This document shows, one piece after another, positions 25,648-34,595 of a DNA stretch of 64,000 bases. Numbering within the stretch: the first letter of the stretch is position 1; the number at the start of each line of letters is the position of its first letter. The position numbers and the translations under genes are program-made. Origin of the DNA: Deltaproteobacteria bacterium. Lineage in GTDB: Bacteria; Desulfobacterota; Dissulfuribacteria; Dissulfuribacterales; UBA3076. The notes beneath the pieces are model-generated. The model saw only the letters and a list, made by a program, of their open reading frames with translations, made no database searches and was not told the DNA's origin. The stretch lies in contig PQXD01000003.1 of NCBI GenBank assembly GCA_003194485.1, forward strand, positions 33,067 to 97,066. The letters are read 5' to 3'.

Positions 25648-28600
25648 CTATCCTCCTCCCAGATGCCTGATAAGGGCATCTGCTGCCTTCTCAAGGCCTA
25701 CGGCCCGTGATCCCTTTACGAGTATAATTGCCGGGGAAGGCATGCAATCAAGAGCGTCTGATTCTATCCATGAAAGCAAATCCTCCGTGTCGGGGAAGAT
25801 GCGGATAGCCTCTTGCGAAATACCCGCCTTTTTTGCAGCCCCGGAAACAGTATCAGCAAACCGGCCTGCTGAAACTAAAAGATCAACCCCTGTTTGGGCT
25901 GCAAGCCGTCCGAGATCCTGATGAAACTTGCGAGCGGCATTGCCGAGTTCCAGCATGTCTCCCAGGATCGCTATCTTTTTCTCGCCCCTGCTCCAGAATT
26001 CGAGGGTCTCAAGGGCCGCTCTCGCAGAACCGGGATTTGCATTATAAGAATCGTCTATCAGCCTCCATCCGGATCCAAGATTCTTCAGAAACAGACGGCC
26101 CGGAACCGGTTTCACTTCCTCAAGCCCCTGCTTTATACTGACCGGCTTCAGCCCCACTGCATGGCCTGCAGCCGCGGCTGCAACGGCATTCTGCACGTTC
26201 GCCTTACCTATGAGGGAAAGATCGACAGAGAGCCTGCTTCCCGCGATATCCAGGTCCAGCAGAGTGCCATGCTCGACCGGGGTCCAGGACAGGCAAGTGA
26301 TTGCAGCTTTGAGCTTTGAGCTTTGAGCTTTGAGTTGGGGATTGGGTGTCAGAGAATAACCCACTATCCGGCACGTCAGATCTTTTGCCCCTTCAGTAAC
26401 CAGTGGGTCGTCAAGGTTCATCACTGCCACACCCGTCCGGGGAAGGGCTCTCCAGAGTCCCCATTTTTCTTCGGCCACTTCTTTTATGCCCCCCAGGCCG
26501 ACAAGATGGGCAGGCTGTATGGTAGTAATAAGGCCCGCTTGCGGCTGAGCGATTTCGCACAGCCGGGATATCTCTCCGGGCCGGTTCGTTCCCATCTCCA
26601 GCATTACCCAGGAGTCATCGGTTTTGGCCGAAAGCAGGCTGAGGGGAAGTCCGATAAGGTTGTTGAAATTCCCCGGGGTCTTAGCCACTTTCCATTTCTT
26701 CCCCAGGATCGAGGAAATCAGTTCTTTTGTTGTGGTCTTGCCGCAACTACCTGTAATGCCGATCACCTTGATTCCGAGGTATTCCCTGTACCATGATGCG
26801 AAGTCTCCCAGGCTCTTCAAGGTATCCTGAACTTTCAACAGGACCGGACGGGATCGAGGGCTGAAAGCCGAAAGTCCAGGGTCAGGAATCGAACTGACTA
26901 CGGCACCAACGGCGCCTTTTCTTATGGCTTCGAGGACAAAGTCATGGCCGTTGAAGCGGTCCCCTGGAAGCGCCCAGAATATATTCCCTGTTCTCACCGA
27001 TCTGGAATCTGTTGATACGCCATGGATTGATATGTCAGGATCACCCGAAAGGACTCGGGCTCCAATGGCCTTTGCCACCTGGGAGGCCTTTAATCGAAAT
27101 CCCTGATCCTCAAGAACCTCTACTTTTGACTCTTGTCTTTTATTCCCTGAACCCTGAACCCTGAACCCTGAACCCTGAACCCTGCCTTTTGACCCAAAGG
27201 CCTCTTTCAATACCTCTCTATCGTCAAAGGCAAATCGCCCGCTGCCGATTATCTGGCATGTTTCGTGGCCCTTCCCTGCCACCAGCAGGCAGGCGCCGGG
27301 GCGCGCTCTTTCCGCCGCCCATGATATGGCGTCCCTCCTGTCCGGAATTACCTTCACTTTTGCTCTGTTTGCAGGATGATGAGGCGGAAGGTCCCTGAGG
27401 CCGTTCAACATCTGCTCGAGTATGGCAAGAGGGTCTTCAGTGCGGGGATTGTCAGAGGTCAGCACAACAATATCCGCGAGTGAAGCCGCTGCCTGCGCCA
27501 TAAGAGGACGCTTACTCCGGTCCCTGTCCCCACCGCAGCCGACTACGCAAATCACGGGCCTGAATCCTAATGTAACAAGGCTGTTCAGGACACATTCAAG
27601 GGCATCAGGTGTGTGAGCATAATCTACAAAAGCAGTCACTCCATTGGGAGTGCACACAGGATCGAGTCTCCCCGGAATGCGCGTCACTGATTCTATACCG
27701 GCCTGAATATGGTCCGTATCTATCCCGAGGGCGATTGAAGCCGCTACTGCTGCAAGGATGTTATAGAGATTATAGGAACCCGTAAGCCTGGATCTGAAAG
27801 AAACAGGCCCTCTGGGCGTGACAAGCCTGCCTGTTATTCCATCAATATTGATGGACTGCGACTCAGGCCTCACCTCGGCCTCAGGACTGAGACCATAACT
27901 GATCTTTTCTTTTTGCAGAATCTCCCACAGTCGCCTTCCATGGAGGTCATCAATATTAATAATTGCCGCACCAGAGGGATGCTCCAAAAACAGTTTTGCC
28001 TTAGCCCGGAAATATCGTTCCATGTCTTGGTGATAATCCAGGTGATCGCGGCCCAGATTGGTAAAGACAGATGCGGCGAAACTGCACCCGGAGATCCTTC
28101 GCTGGTCAATGGCATGAGAAGATACCTCCAAGGCCGCCGCTTTTACTCCTTGTTCCAGCATATCTGCCAGAATCTTTTGCAGTCTTACGGCATCCGGGGT
28201 GGTGAGTTCGGAAGGTACCTCCACACCTCCATGTCTCCTGTTTATAGTCCCTATTACACCAGGGTTCAGTCCGGCTTTGCTGAAGATTCCTTCCATGAGA
28301 TATGTGATCGTGGTCTTACCATTAGTGCCCGTAACGGCTACGAGGTCCATTTTTTCACTGGGGTTTCCATAAAAGGCACTTGCCAGGAGGCCGGTTGAGA
28401 GCCTGGGATCGTCAACCCCTATAACAGGAAGTGTTCCAGGTACGGATTCGATATAATAACGTCGGGCGTCCTGGCCCGGCACTAACAGGACAGCGGCTCC
28501 TTTCTCTACGGCATCACTGATAAATTGTCTTCCGTCAAATTCAGTGCCTGGAATTGCCGCGAATACGTATCCCTGCTTCACCTGCCTGGAGTCTGCGGAT

Positions 28601-28725
28601 ATGCCCGTGATTTTTACGTCATCAAGGTCCGATGGAGAAAAAACGGTGGGCCTAACAGGTCTGAGCACTCCCAACATATCCCGTAATGCCCTTTCGTTCT
28701 GCATGTTATTAGACATCACTTGCAC
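25648..28725 (-). CDS. murE-murF: fused MurE (meso-DAP-adding ligase) and MurF (D-Ala-D-Ala-adding ligase), 1025 aa
   Basis: Two complete Mur-ligase modules with P-loops VAVTGTNGKTT (N-terminal half) and ITGSCGKTTT (C-terminal half). They are joined by the linker GRVQGSGFRVQGSGNKRQESKVEVLEDQG. Confidence 0.9.
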   Translation of the reverse strand: MQVMSNNMQNERALRDMLGVLRPVRPTVFSPSDLDDVKITGISADSRQVKQGYVFAAIPGTEFDGRQFISDAVEKGAAVLLVPGQDARRYYIESVPGTLPVIGVDDPRLSTGLLASAFYGNPSEKMDLVAVTGTNGKTTITYLMEGIFSKAGLNPGVIGTINRRHGGVEVPSELTTPDAVRLQKILADMLEQGVKAAALEVSSHAIDQRRISGCSFAASVFTNLGRDHLDYHQDMERYFRAKAKLFLEHPSGAAIINIDDLHGRRLWEILQKEKISYGLSPEAEVRPESQSINIDGITGRLVTPRGPVSFRSRLTGSYNLYNILAAVAASIALGIDTDHIQAGIESVTRIPGRLDPVCTPNGVTAFVDYAHTPDALECVLNSLVTLGFRPVICVVGCGGDRDRSKRPLMAQAAASLADIVVLTSDNPRTEDPLAILEQMLNGLRDLPPHHPANRAKVKVIPDRRDAISWAAERARPGACLLVAGKGHETCQIIGSGRFAFDDREVLKEAFGSKGRVQGSGFRVQGSGNKRQESKVEVLEDQGFRLKASQVAKAIGARVLSGDPDISIHGVSTDSRSVRTGNIFWALPGDRFNGHDFVLEAIRKGAVGAVVSSIPDPGLSAFSPRSRPVLLKVQDTLKSLGDFASWYREYLGIKVIGITGSCGKTTTKELISSILGKKWKVAKTPGNFNNLIGLPLSLLSAKTDDSWVMLEMGTNRPGEISRLCEIAQPQAGLITTIQPAHLVGLGGIKEVAEEKWGLWRALPRTGVAVMNLDDPLVTEGAKDLTCRIVGYSLTPNPQLKAQSSKLKAAITCLSWTPVEHGTLLDLDIAGSRLSVDLSLIGKANVQNAVAAAAAGHAVGLKPVSIKQGLEEVKPVPGRLFLKNLGSGWRLIDDSYNANPGSARAALETLEFWSRGEKKIAILGDMLELGNAARKFHQDLGRLAAQTGVDLLVSAGRFADTVSGAAKKAGISQEAIRIFPDTEDLLSWIESDALDCMPSPAIILVKGSRAVGLEKAADALIRHLGGG
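26305..26339. repeat. tandem heptamer array (AGCTTTG x4 plus one degenerate unit) inside the MurF module
   Basis: AGCTTTGAGCTTTGAGCTTTGAGCTTTGAGTTGGG encodes PQLKAQSSKLKAA. Confidence 0.9.
27145..27184. repeat. tandem heptamer array (CCCTGAA x5.5) forming the murE-murF junction
   Basis: CCCTGAACCCTGAACCCTGAACCCTGAACCCTGAACCCTG encodes RVQGSGFRVQGSG on the minus strand. The same heptamer occurs intergenically at 50373-50397. Confidence 0.9.
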
Positions 28726-30296
28726 GTTATGTTGCAGACCTTCACGCCCTTAAGGGGCATTCCTGATCTTGGTTTCTGCGCGACCACGGTCCCTGCGCCC
28801 TTGAGTTTGATAGAAAGGCCTATGGATTGCAGAATGTCCATTGCCTGTCTTGCGGATTTTCCCTTGAGGTTTGGCATCATGGATAGATCTTTTTTGGTTT
28901 CTTTGCTTTTTGCCGTTTGCCATTCGTCGTTCAAAGGTATCTGTGCCGCCTGTTTTACCACCAACAGTGCCCGGCCTAAAGTGCCCCGGCGCTTACGAGG
29001 GTCAATTTTTACGCCATCGAGAAAACCAATATAACTTACTTTGGGTGATCTGTCGGGCCAGAATCCCAGAACCGTGACCTGGGCCGGAGATCGGATGGAT
29101 ATTCGTCCGGCCTGTCCATTCCACCTGATGCTCGCAAGAGAAGGCCCTGACCTGACTGCGAGATTTTTCCGCGATCTGAGCATAAGCTCTTCTGTTAACC
29201 ATGGGACTTTGACCTGCCTCTGGTCCTTCACGGAAGACTCGGATGGCGGGAATTCCTTACGGCCTTTCTGCAAGGCCAGGTGTGGCGTTACCAATATATT
29301 TCCATTTATCAGTGCTGAGAAGGCCCTGAGAATCTGGATCGGGCTGGCTGTAATGCCTCGGTATAGTAAGCAGTTCTGCAGCCCCGGCAGGACTGAAGAC
29401 AGGCTGCCCTGACCTTCAGCCGGAAGATCAATACCTGTCGTCTGGCCAAATCCCAGACCCCAGAGATCCCTTGACAGGCCATCGTAAGAGACAAGGTCTT
29501 TCAGCTCCTGTCCAGTCCAGGGACTCCACAGGACCACACCTTCATCCAAGGTCTCCCATTTACACTTGCAGGCCGTTCGGTCTGGAGATTGGTTTTTTGA
29601 TTTTGGCTGCTCACTTTGTTCAAACATCCAGCTCAAGAGAGTCACAAGGACTATTGGGTCGACATCATCCTGCAGGGAGTAATTTGTAATGTTCGTCGCA
29701 GGCAGCTCCCAAAAACGTCCCGGGTCCCAGGAGGGCTTGCTGGCCATGGCGAGAATCTCGCCGTTTTCAACGCTCATTATGACAAGACAGCCCTTATCGG
29801 CCTTAAGTCTTCTAAGTTGCCTGTCAAGCTCCCTTTCTGCCAGTGCCTGAATGTCTTTTTCGAGGGTAAGTATAAGTTCCTGCCCGCCCGGATAAGTCAG
29901 GGATATATTCGTATGGCTCAAAAGGCTGTTGTAAGTGTATTCAACTCCCTCGAGGCCTCTGCCGCCGCGATCGATAAACCCCAAAACCGGAGAAGCCAGT
30001 GAACCGCAAGGATATACCCTTTTATATTCGGAAGGCCTTGCCAGGCCGCAGTCCTTCTTACGGCTCACGGCGAATACCGCTCCTGCCCTGTCAAGAATTA
30101 TGCCCCTGTACAAGGGGCTTTTCGGGGAATAGTAGTCACGGCTCCGTTGCCGGGAAAACTTGGAGGAATCAGCGTCATCTTCGCTATTGACATTATTGCC
30201 CTGCCAAAAGCAGCCAACAAACGGTGCGGTAAAGATCACAAGACCTGCCAGGCCGAAAAGAAACAAAATTCTCTTATTTTTATAAGGAAAACTCAT
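28716..30296 (-). CDS. ftsI: FtsI/PBP3-like class B penicillin-binding protein homolog with degenerate catalytic motifs and a C-terminal PASTA-like domain
   Basis: N-terminal TM segment and dimerisation-domain pattern, then GCLVIMSVENGEILAMASKPSWDP and FGQTTGIDLP...ITASPIQILRAFSALINGN. The expected SxxK, SxN and KTG positions read D-P-IVLV, SRD and IRSP. Confidence 0.7.
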   Translation of the reverse strand: MSFPYKNKRILFLFGLAGLVIFTAPFVGCFWQGNNVNSEDDADSSKFSRQRSRDYYSPKSPLYRGIILDRAGAVFAVSRKKDCGLARPSEYKRVYPCGSLASPVLGFIDRGGRGLEGVEYTYNSLLSHTNISLTYPGGQELILTLEKDIQALAERELDRQLRRLKADKGCLVIMSVENGEILAMASKPSWDPGRFWELPATNITNYSLQDDVDPIVLVTLLSWMFEQSEQPKSKNQSPDRTACKCKWETLDEGVVLWSPWTGQELKDLVSYDGLSRDLWGLGFGQTTGIDLPAEGQGSLSSVLPGLQNCLLYRGITASPIQILRAFSALINGNILVTPHLALQKGRKEFPPSESSVKDQRQVKVPWLTEELMLRSRKNLAVRSGPSLASIRWNGQAGRISIRSPAQVTVLGFWPDRSPKVSYIGFLDGVKIDPRKRRGTLGRALLVVKQAAQIPLNDEWQTAKSKETKKDLSMMPNLKGKSARQAMDILQSIGLSIKLKGAGTVVAQKPRSGMPLKGVKVCNITCK

Positions 30297-30307
30297 TCAG
30301 ATCTCTG

Positions 30308-30673
30308 TCAATTAAGTGATATTATCTGTCTGTCGGCAGGTGGATGAAGTCCCATTTTTTTCCCCAGCTTTTCCAAGCGGCTTCGTGCTTTGAGCCGGTC
30401 CACCTGAGTGCTGAAATCCTGATATTGAGCACTGAGACGGCCCTTCTCAGCCTGAAGGAGCTCTATATCCTTTGCTGTTTTTCGTGTCTGGTGAGCAGTC
30501 CAGAACCCCAGAGTTAACAGGACAGCCAGGGCAAATATGATAGCGATTGCCATTTGACGGGTTGTCTTGAGTACTTTTGAGAAAGAAAGGCCGGTGCCGG
30601 TTCTGTTTTTTTGTGCCATTGGAACATATGAACGTCTCTGAGGTATTCTGATCGTCGCTGGTCGAGGACTCAT
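30308..30673 (-). CDS. ftsL: cell division protein FtsL
   Basis: Small bitopic protein with one TM segment and a coiled-coil region (IELLQAEKGRLSAQYQDFSTQVDRL), positioned between rsmH and ftsI. Confidence 0.75.
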   Translation of the reverse strand: MSPRPATIRIPQRRSYVPMAQKNRTGTGLSFSKVLKTTRQMAIAIIFALAVLLTLGFWTAHQTRKTAKDIELLQAEKGRLSAQYQDFSTQVDRLKARSRLEKLGKKMGLHPPADRQIISLN

Positions 30674-30721
30674 CTCTTTTCCTCCTGAAGCAGGCCTTGC
30701 AAGGGATCCGCTACATTGATT

Positions 30722-31636
30722 TTAATTGGGTTGCGCCAGCAGTTCTATACATTGAGCTACTCTCAGTTTGGCACTCCTGGCCCTGGGATTAATGCGTATC
30801 TCCTCAGGGCCCGGTACCAGAGGTTTCTTGGTCAAGGGTTTCAGTCTGTTATCTTCTCTGAAAGCGGTCTTTACCAGACGGTCTTCAAGGGAATGAAAAG
30901 AGATAATACACAGTCGTCCCCCAGGTTTCAGGCAGGACGGGAATGTATTAAGGGCCTCTTCAAGGTCGTCCAGCTCTCTGTTCACAGCGATTCGAAGCGC
31001 CTGGAAGGTCCTCGTGGCGGCATGAATTCGGCGGGGATGGTATTTCCTGGGAATGGCATTGGCAACCACCTTTGCCAAGTCCGCCGAGGTCAGAATCGGG
31101 GCGGTCTTCCGCCTGTCACATATGCATTTGACAATTCTCTTTGCCCATCTCTCTTCTCCGTATGTCTGGATAAGCTCGGTCAATCTTTCTGCCGGAAGCT
31201 TGTTGACCAGATCGGCAGCAGTCACTGCGCCGGAGAGATCCATTCGCATGTCAAGGGGCTCGTCTCTGGAAAAACTGAAGCCCCTCCCGCTGTTTTCCAG
31301 GTGGAAGGTGGAAATTCCGAGGTCCATGAGTATCCCGTCAACTTGCCCTATTCTGTTGGATAAGAGGATATCATGGAGATGGATAAAGTTGCTGTGAATC
31401 AATCGAATTACCCCTTCTCCAAATGGGCTCAACCTGGATTTGGCCCGCTCCAGGGTTTCTATGTCACGGTCAAGGCCGAGGACCAATTTGATCCCGGGGT
31501 ACCTTGTCAACATGGCCTCCGCATGGCCTCCCAGCCCCAGTGTTGCATCAACATAGATCCCTCCGGACCCCGGCGAAAGACTATCCAGTACTTCAGAGAC
31601 CATTACAGGTACATGTCTGGTCTCCTTTTCAGCCAC
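30722..31636 (-). CDS. rsmH: 16S rRNA (cytosine1402-N4)-methyltransferase RsmH
   Basis: HVPVMVSEVL..., DATLGLGGHAEA and the SFHSLEDR motif. The GTG at 31636 overlaps the mraZ stop (GTGGCTGA). The longer track ORF runs through mraZ. Confidence 0.9.
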   Translation of the reverse strand: MAEKETRHVPVMVSEVLDSLSPGSGGIYVDATLGLGGHAEAMLTRYPGIKLVLGLDRDIETLERAKSRLSPFGEGVIRLIHSNFIHLHDILLSNRIGQVDGILMDLGISTFHLENSGRGFSFSRDEPLDMRMDLSGAVTAADLVNKLPAERLTELIQTYGEERWAKRIVKCICDRRKTAPILTSADLAKVVANAIPRKYHPRRIHAATRTFQALRIAVNRELDDLEEALNTFPSCLKPGGRLCIISFHSLEDRLVKTAFREDNRLKPLTKKPLVPGPEEIRINPRARSAKLRVAQCIELLAQPN

Positions 31637-32078
31637 TGGCCCCGAATTTAGCAGTGATACTGCTGCTGTACTCGTCAAAGTTATCCCTCGTTTTTCGCAA
31701 CTCTTTGTCCAGGTTATCCTTGTTCGAGACCTCGAAGTAAGTAAGCATGCCCGAGAGGACCACATCCTTGGTAAGCCCCGCTTCTTCACGGAGCCTCAGA
31801 GGGATCAATATCCTTCCCTGGCCGTCCAAGGGACATTCCGCTGCTGCTCCCAACAAATACCTTTTAAAGGCGACGACCTCAGGAGGTCCGAATTGGAACC
31901 GGCTGAAATGCTCTTCTATTTTTCGCCATTCTTCAAAAGGATAAGCTGCGAGACAGGAGGGCAGGTTGGTGACTATCAACCGGCCATCGTATTTTGCCTG
32001 CAAGACCTCTCTGAAACGGGCCGGGATGCTGAGACGGCCCTTGGCGTCTAAGACATGGGCCGACCTTCCCCTGAACAT
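31629..32078 (-). CDS. mraZ: transcriptional regulator MraZ
   Basis: Duplicated SpoVT/AbrB-like halves with DAKGRLSIPARFR and DGQGRILIPLRLR. Confidence 0.93.
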   Translation of the reverse strand: MFRGRSAHVLDAKGRLSIPARFREVLQAKYDGRLIVTNLPSCLAAYPFEEWRKIEEHFSRFQFGPPEVVAFKRYLLGAAAECPLDGQGRILIPLRLREEAGLTKDVVLSGMLTYFEVSNKDNLDKELRKTRDNFDEYSSSITAKFGASG

Positions 32079-32086
32079 TGCCTTTT

Positions 32087-32105
32087 ACCCCACTTTATCC
32101 CACCA
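32087..32105 (-). promoter_or_regulatory. possible MraZ-box pair (GTGGG repeats about 11-12 bp apart)
   Basis: The minus strand reads GGTGGGATAAAGTGGGGTAAAAGGCAATG directly upstream of the mraZ ATG. Confidence 0.3.
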
Positions 32106-32359
32106 TTTTCTAACATTTTTTAATATATTGAAATAAGAAATTGTCTGTCAAGAGAATCGAGAGACAATTTAATATAAATATTACAGTATGTTATATAAAT
32201 AGAGCCACGGTTTCCTCTATTTTTCTGCGATTATCTTATGAAAACAGTGATTCTTAAAAATTGAGATGGAACCATATAAATCACCTCTGATTTTTGTATC
32301 GGGAAACAGTATCATATACTTGAAACTTTTGAAATATTTTTTTGATTATTATTTGGTGA

Positions 32360-33514
32360 TTAATAAGAAAAAGACTGGTGGTTTAAAGTGGGGGAAGATG
32401 GAAGAGCGGTTTGTGATAGATCAGGTTTGATTTCTTTTCTGGGCCGGTATTTACGTCGGCGTTGATACTGATCTACCGCCCTGTTGTGTTCATCCAGGGT
32501 CCGGGAAAAATAATGTGTTCCGTTGTTTTTTGAAACAAAATAGAAATAATCCTTTTTTGATGGATAGAGAGTCGCCCTGATGGACTCCTTACCCGGATTT
32601 GAAATCGGCCCTTTGGGGAGACCTTTGTTTACGTAAGTGTTATAGGGGGTGGCTTTTCTGAGGTCTTTCCACCTGAGACGGCGCTTCCTTACCCTGGTTT
32701 CCACAAGTATCCCGTAATGAACGGTTGGATCTGCCTGGAGAGGCATATTCTTTTTTAGCCGATTCCAGAATACACAAGCAATTAACGGCCTTTCCCATGA
32801 TTGCATAGCCTCTTTTTCCACTATGGAAGCAAGTATTACTATATCGTGGACTTTAACACCCAATTCTTCTGCTCTGCTGCTGAATCCTTCTGAATTCCAT
32901 ACTCCCCAGAAACGGTTAACAAAGGTTCGGAGCATCTCAAGTTCCGTGGCGCCCTTGGTCAACTGATAGGTATCAGGGTAAATATAGCCCTCAGCACTAT
33001 CAGCCTCTATGCCAAGGGTCTTCAAGATCTTACGGTTCCTTGCCACCTTGAGGAATGAATCGCCGGATGTCAATTTTGCATTTTCAAGAAGGCCGTTTAT
33101 TTGAAACAGGTTATAGCCCTCGGGGATGGTGACAATATACTGGCGGGTCTTTCCCTGGACCAGATAATCCAGGATCTCTACAGGCGTTTGGGTCGGGGAA
33201 AGTTCGTATTCCCCTGCCTGGATCCTGGTTGTTGCATTTCCCCACCAGGCAAGGATATAAAAATACCTTTTGGATTTTATTAAGCCTTCTGCCTCAAGTA
33301 GCTGTACTGCCGAGGAGAAGGTGCTCCCTGTGGGAATTATTATGATCTTATTTTTTCCCGTTTCCGAAACGGGCAGGGTACATCCTTTCCATATCTGATA
33401 ACCGGACAGAAAGATTAAGTAGAGCAAAATTGGCAACCAGAATTCACGTATTATGCGCATATTCTTTAGATCGGATTTTTCAACAGAATCATGTTCAGGG
33501 TTTTTGTAATGCAA
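32360..33514 (-). CDS. mltG: endolytic murein transglycosylase MltG (YceG family)
   Basis: N-terminal TM segment, EGYIYPDTY, ILASIVEKEA and YNTYVNKGLPKGPISNPG motifs. A C-terminal tail of about 40 aa follows. Confidence 0.88.
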   Translation of the reverse strand: MHYKNPEHDSVEKSDLKNMRIIREFWLPILLYLIFLSGYQIWKGCTLPVSETGKNKIIIIPTGSTFSSAVQLLEAEGLIKSKRYFYILAWWGNATTRIQAGEYELSPTQTPVEILDYLVQGKTRQYIVTIPEGYNLFQINGLLENAKLTSGDSFLKVARNRKILKTLGIEADSAEGYIYPDTYQLTKGATELEMLRTFVNRFWGVWNSEGFSSRAEELGVKVHDIVILASIVEKEAMQSWERPLIACVFWNRLKKNMPLQADPTVHYGILVETRVRKRRLRWKDLRKATPYNTYVNKGLPKGPISNPGKESIRATLYPSKKDYFYFVSKNNGTHYFSRTLDEHNRAVDQYQRRRKYRPRKEIKPDLSQTALPSSPTLNHQSFSY

Positions 33515-33538
33515 TCAGGTCATTAATAATAGAGAATT

Positions 33539-33934
33539 GTAAATATTCTTATGAACCCGTCCGTGGTCCACTGCGCAGACCGTTCACTGGCAGGGGATAT
33601 TTCTTTTCACTTAACACTTCAGCCCCTTGTTTTCTTAAGGCTTTTGACATGGGGGAGTCTTGCCCCCTCCCCGTTCTCCTTCGCTGCGCTCAGGAGCCGG
33701 GGTTTCCCCCACAGCAAAAGCCAAGAAAACTACGGGGGCTTCCGTTAAACTGTTCAAAGAAATATCCCCTTCCCGTGAACGGTTGCCATCCGTGCCCTGC
33801 CGCAGGAGCGGTTTGCCTTTTGCAGGGTTTCGATCGCGGGCCAAATTGCACTGCCCCTTTCGGTCTGCAATGAGTGAGCTTTGAAACCCGGAAAAAGGTA
33901 ACCGCTTCAAGGCAGGATATATTAGAATATTTAC
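33539..33934 (-). mobile_element. MITE copy B (396 bp, inverted relative to A and C)
   Basis: Near-identical to copy C across module 1 and the hairpin module. The flanks AGAGAATT and GAAGAATC are only partly similar. Confidence 0.85.
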
Positions 33935-33948
33935 GAAGAATCTTTCGG

Positions 33949-34593
33949 TCAGCCTGTAACATCTCTGATATCTTTAGGGCTGATAGCCCCCTCCCGTATA
34001 ATTTCAGGAGGATCAATACTTACATCTATGATCGTGGATGGAGGCCCTCCGGATACAGGACCCCCATCCAGTATATAGTCAGGGGGTGTAGACCGTAATT
34101 GATCCGCAACTTCCTCGGCTTTACAGGCGGCAGGGTGTCCTGAGAGGTTTGCACTGGTAGCGGTCACGGGGTTTCCCAGGATTGTCACCAGTGAATGTGC
34201 CCATGGATGGCTGGAAATCCTTACACCTACCTTGCCTGTATCCGCACAGAGCGGCCATGGCAGCCCGGGTCTGGCCGGTAAAAGCAGGGTCAAGGGGCCC
34301 GGCCAGAGACGCTCCATCAAGGCAACCGCTGCCGGCGGAACCCGGCTGGCCAGATGGATGAGATCCGAGGTATCTGAAATGAGGACCAAGAGCGGCTTGT
34401 GTCTCGGCCTTTTTTTGATTACATATATTCGTTCAAGGGCTTCTGTTTGAATTATTGAGGCCCCAAGCCCATAGCTCGTTTCGGTGGGAAAGGCTACTAC
34501 TCCGCCCCTCTTAATTATATCCGCAGCCAGCCGGATCAATATGCGGTCAGGTGACTGTACCATATCGTAATTAAAAAACAAGTAAGCGCTCAC
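33949..34593 (-). CDS. tsaC: L-threonylcarbamoyladenylate synthase (TsaC/YrdC/Sua5 family)
   Basis: YrdC-domain motif GGVVAFPTETSYGLGA. The true start is probably the ATG at 34563 (MVQSPDRIL...). The GTG at 34593 lies inside the MITE target duplication. Confidence 0.85.
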   Translation of the reverse strand: MSAYLFFNYDMVQSPDRILIRLAADIIKRGGVVAFPTETSYGLGASIIQTEALERIYVIKKRPRHKPLLVLISDTSDLIHLASRVPPAAVALMERLWPGPLTLLLPARPGLPWPLCADTGKVGVRISSHPWAHSLVTILGNPVTATSANLSGHPAACKAEEVADQLRSTPPDYILDGGPVSGGPPSTIIDVSIDPPEIIREGAISPKDIRDVTG

Positions 34594-34595
34594 GG

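Noticed and set aside
30722-31789. Extended track starts for rsmH (31789), ftsZ (17584), glmM (14956), selA (49785), the nifU-like gene (50721), lolD (63452), the DUF364 gene (37220) and porA (45120).
   Set aside because: The extensions overlap upstream genes or repeat elements and precede the conserved family N-termini. Downstream starts with an RBS or translational coupling fit better.
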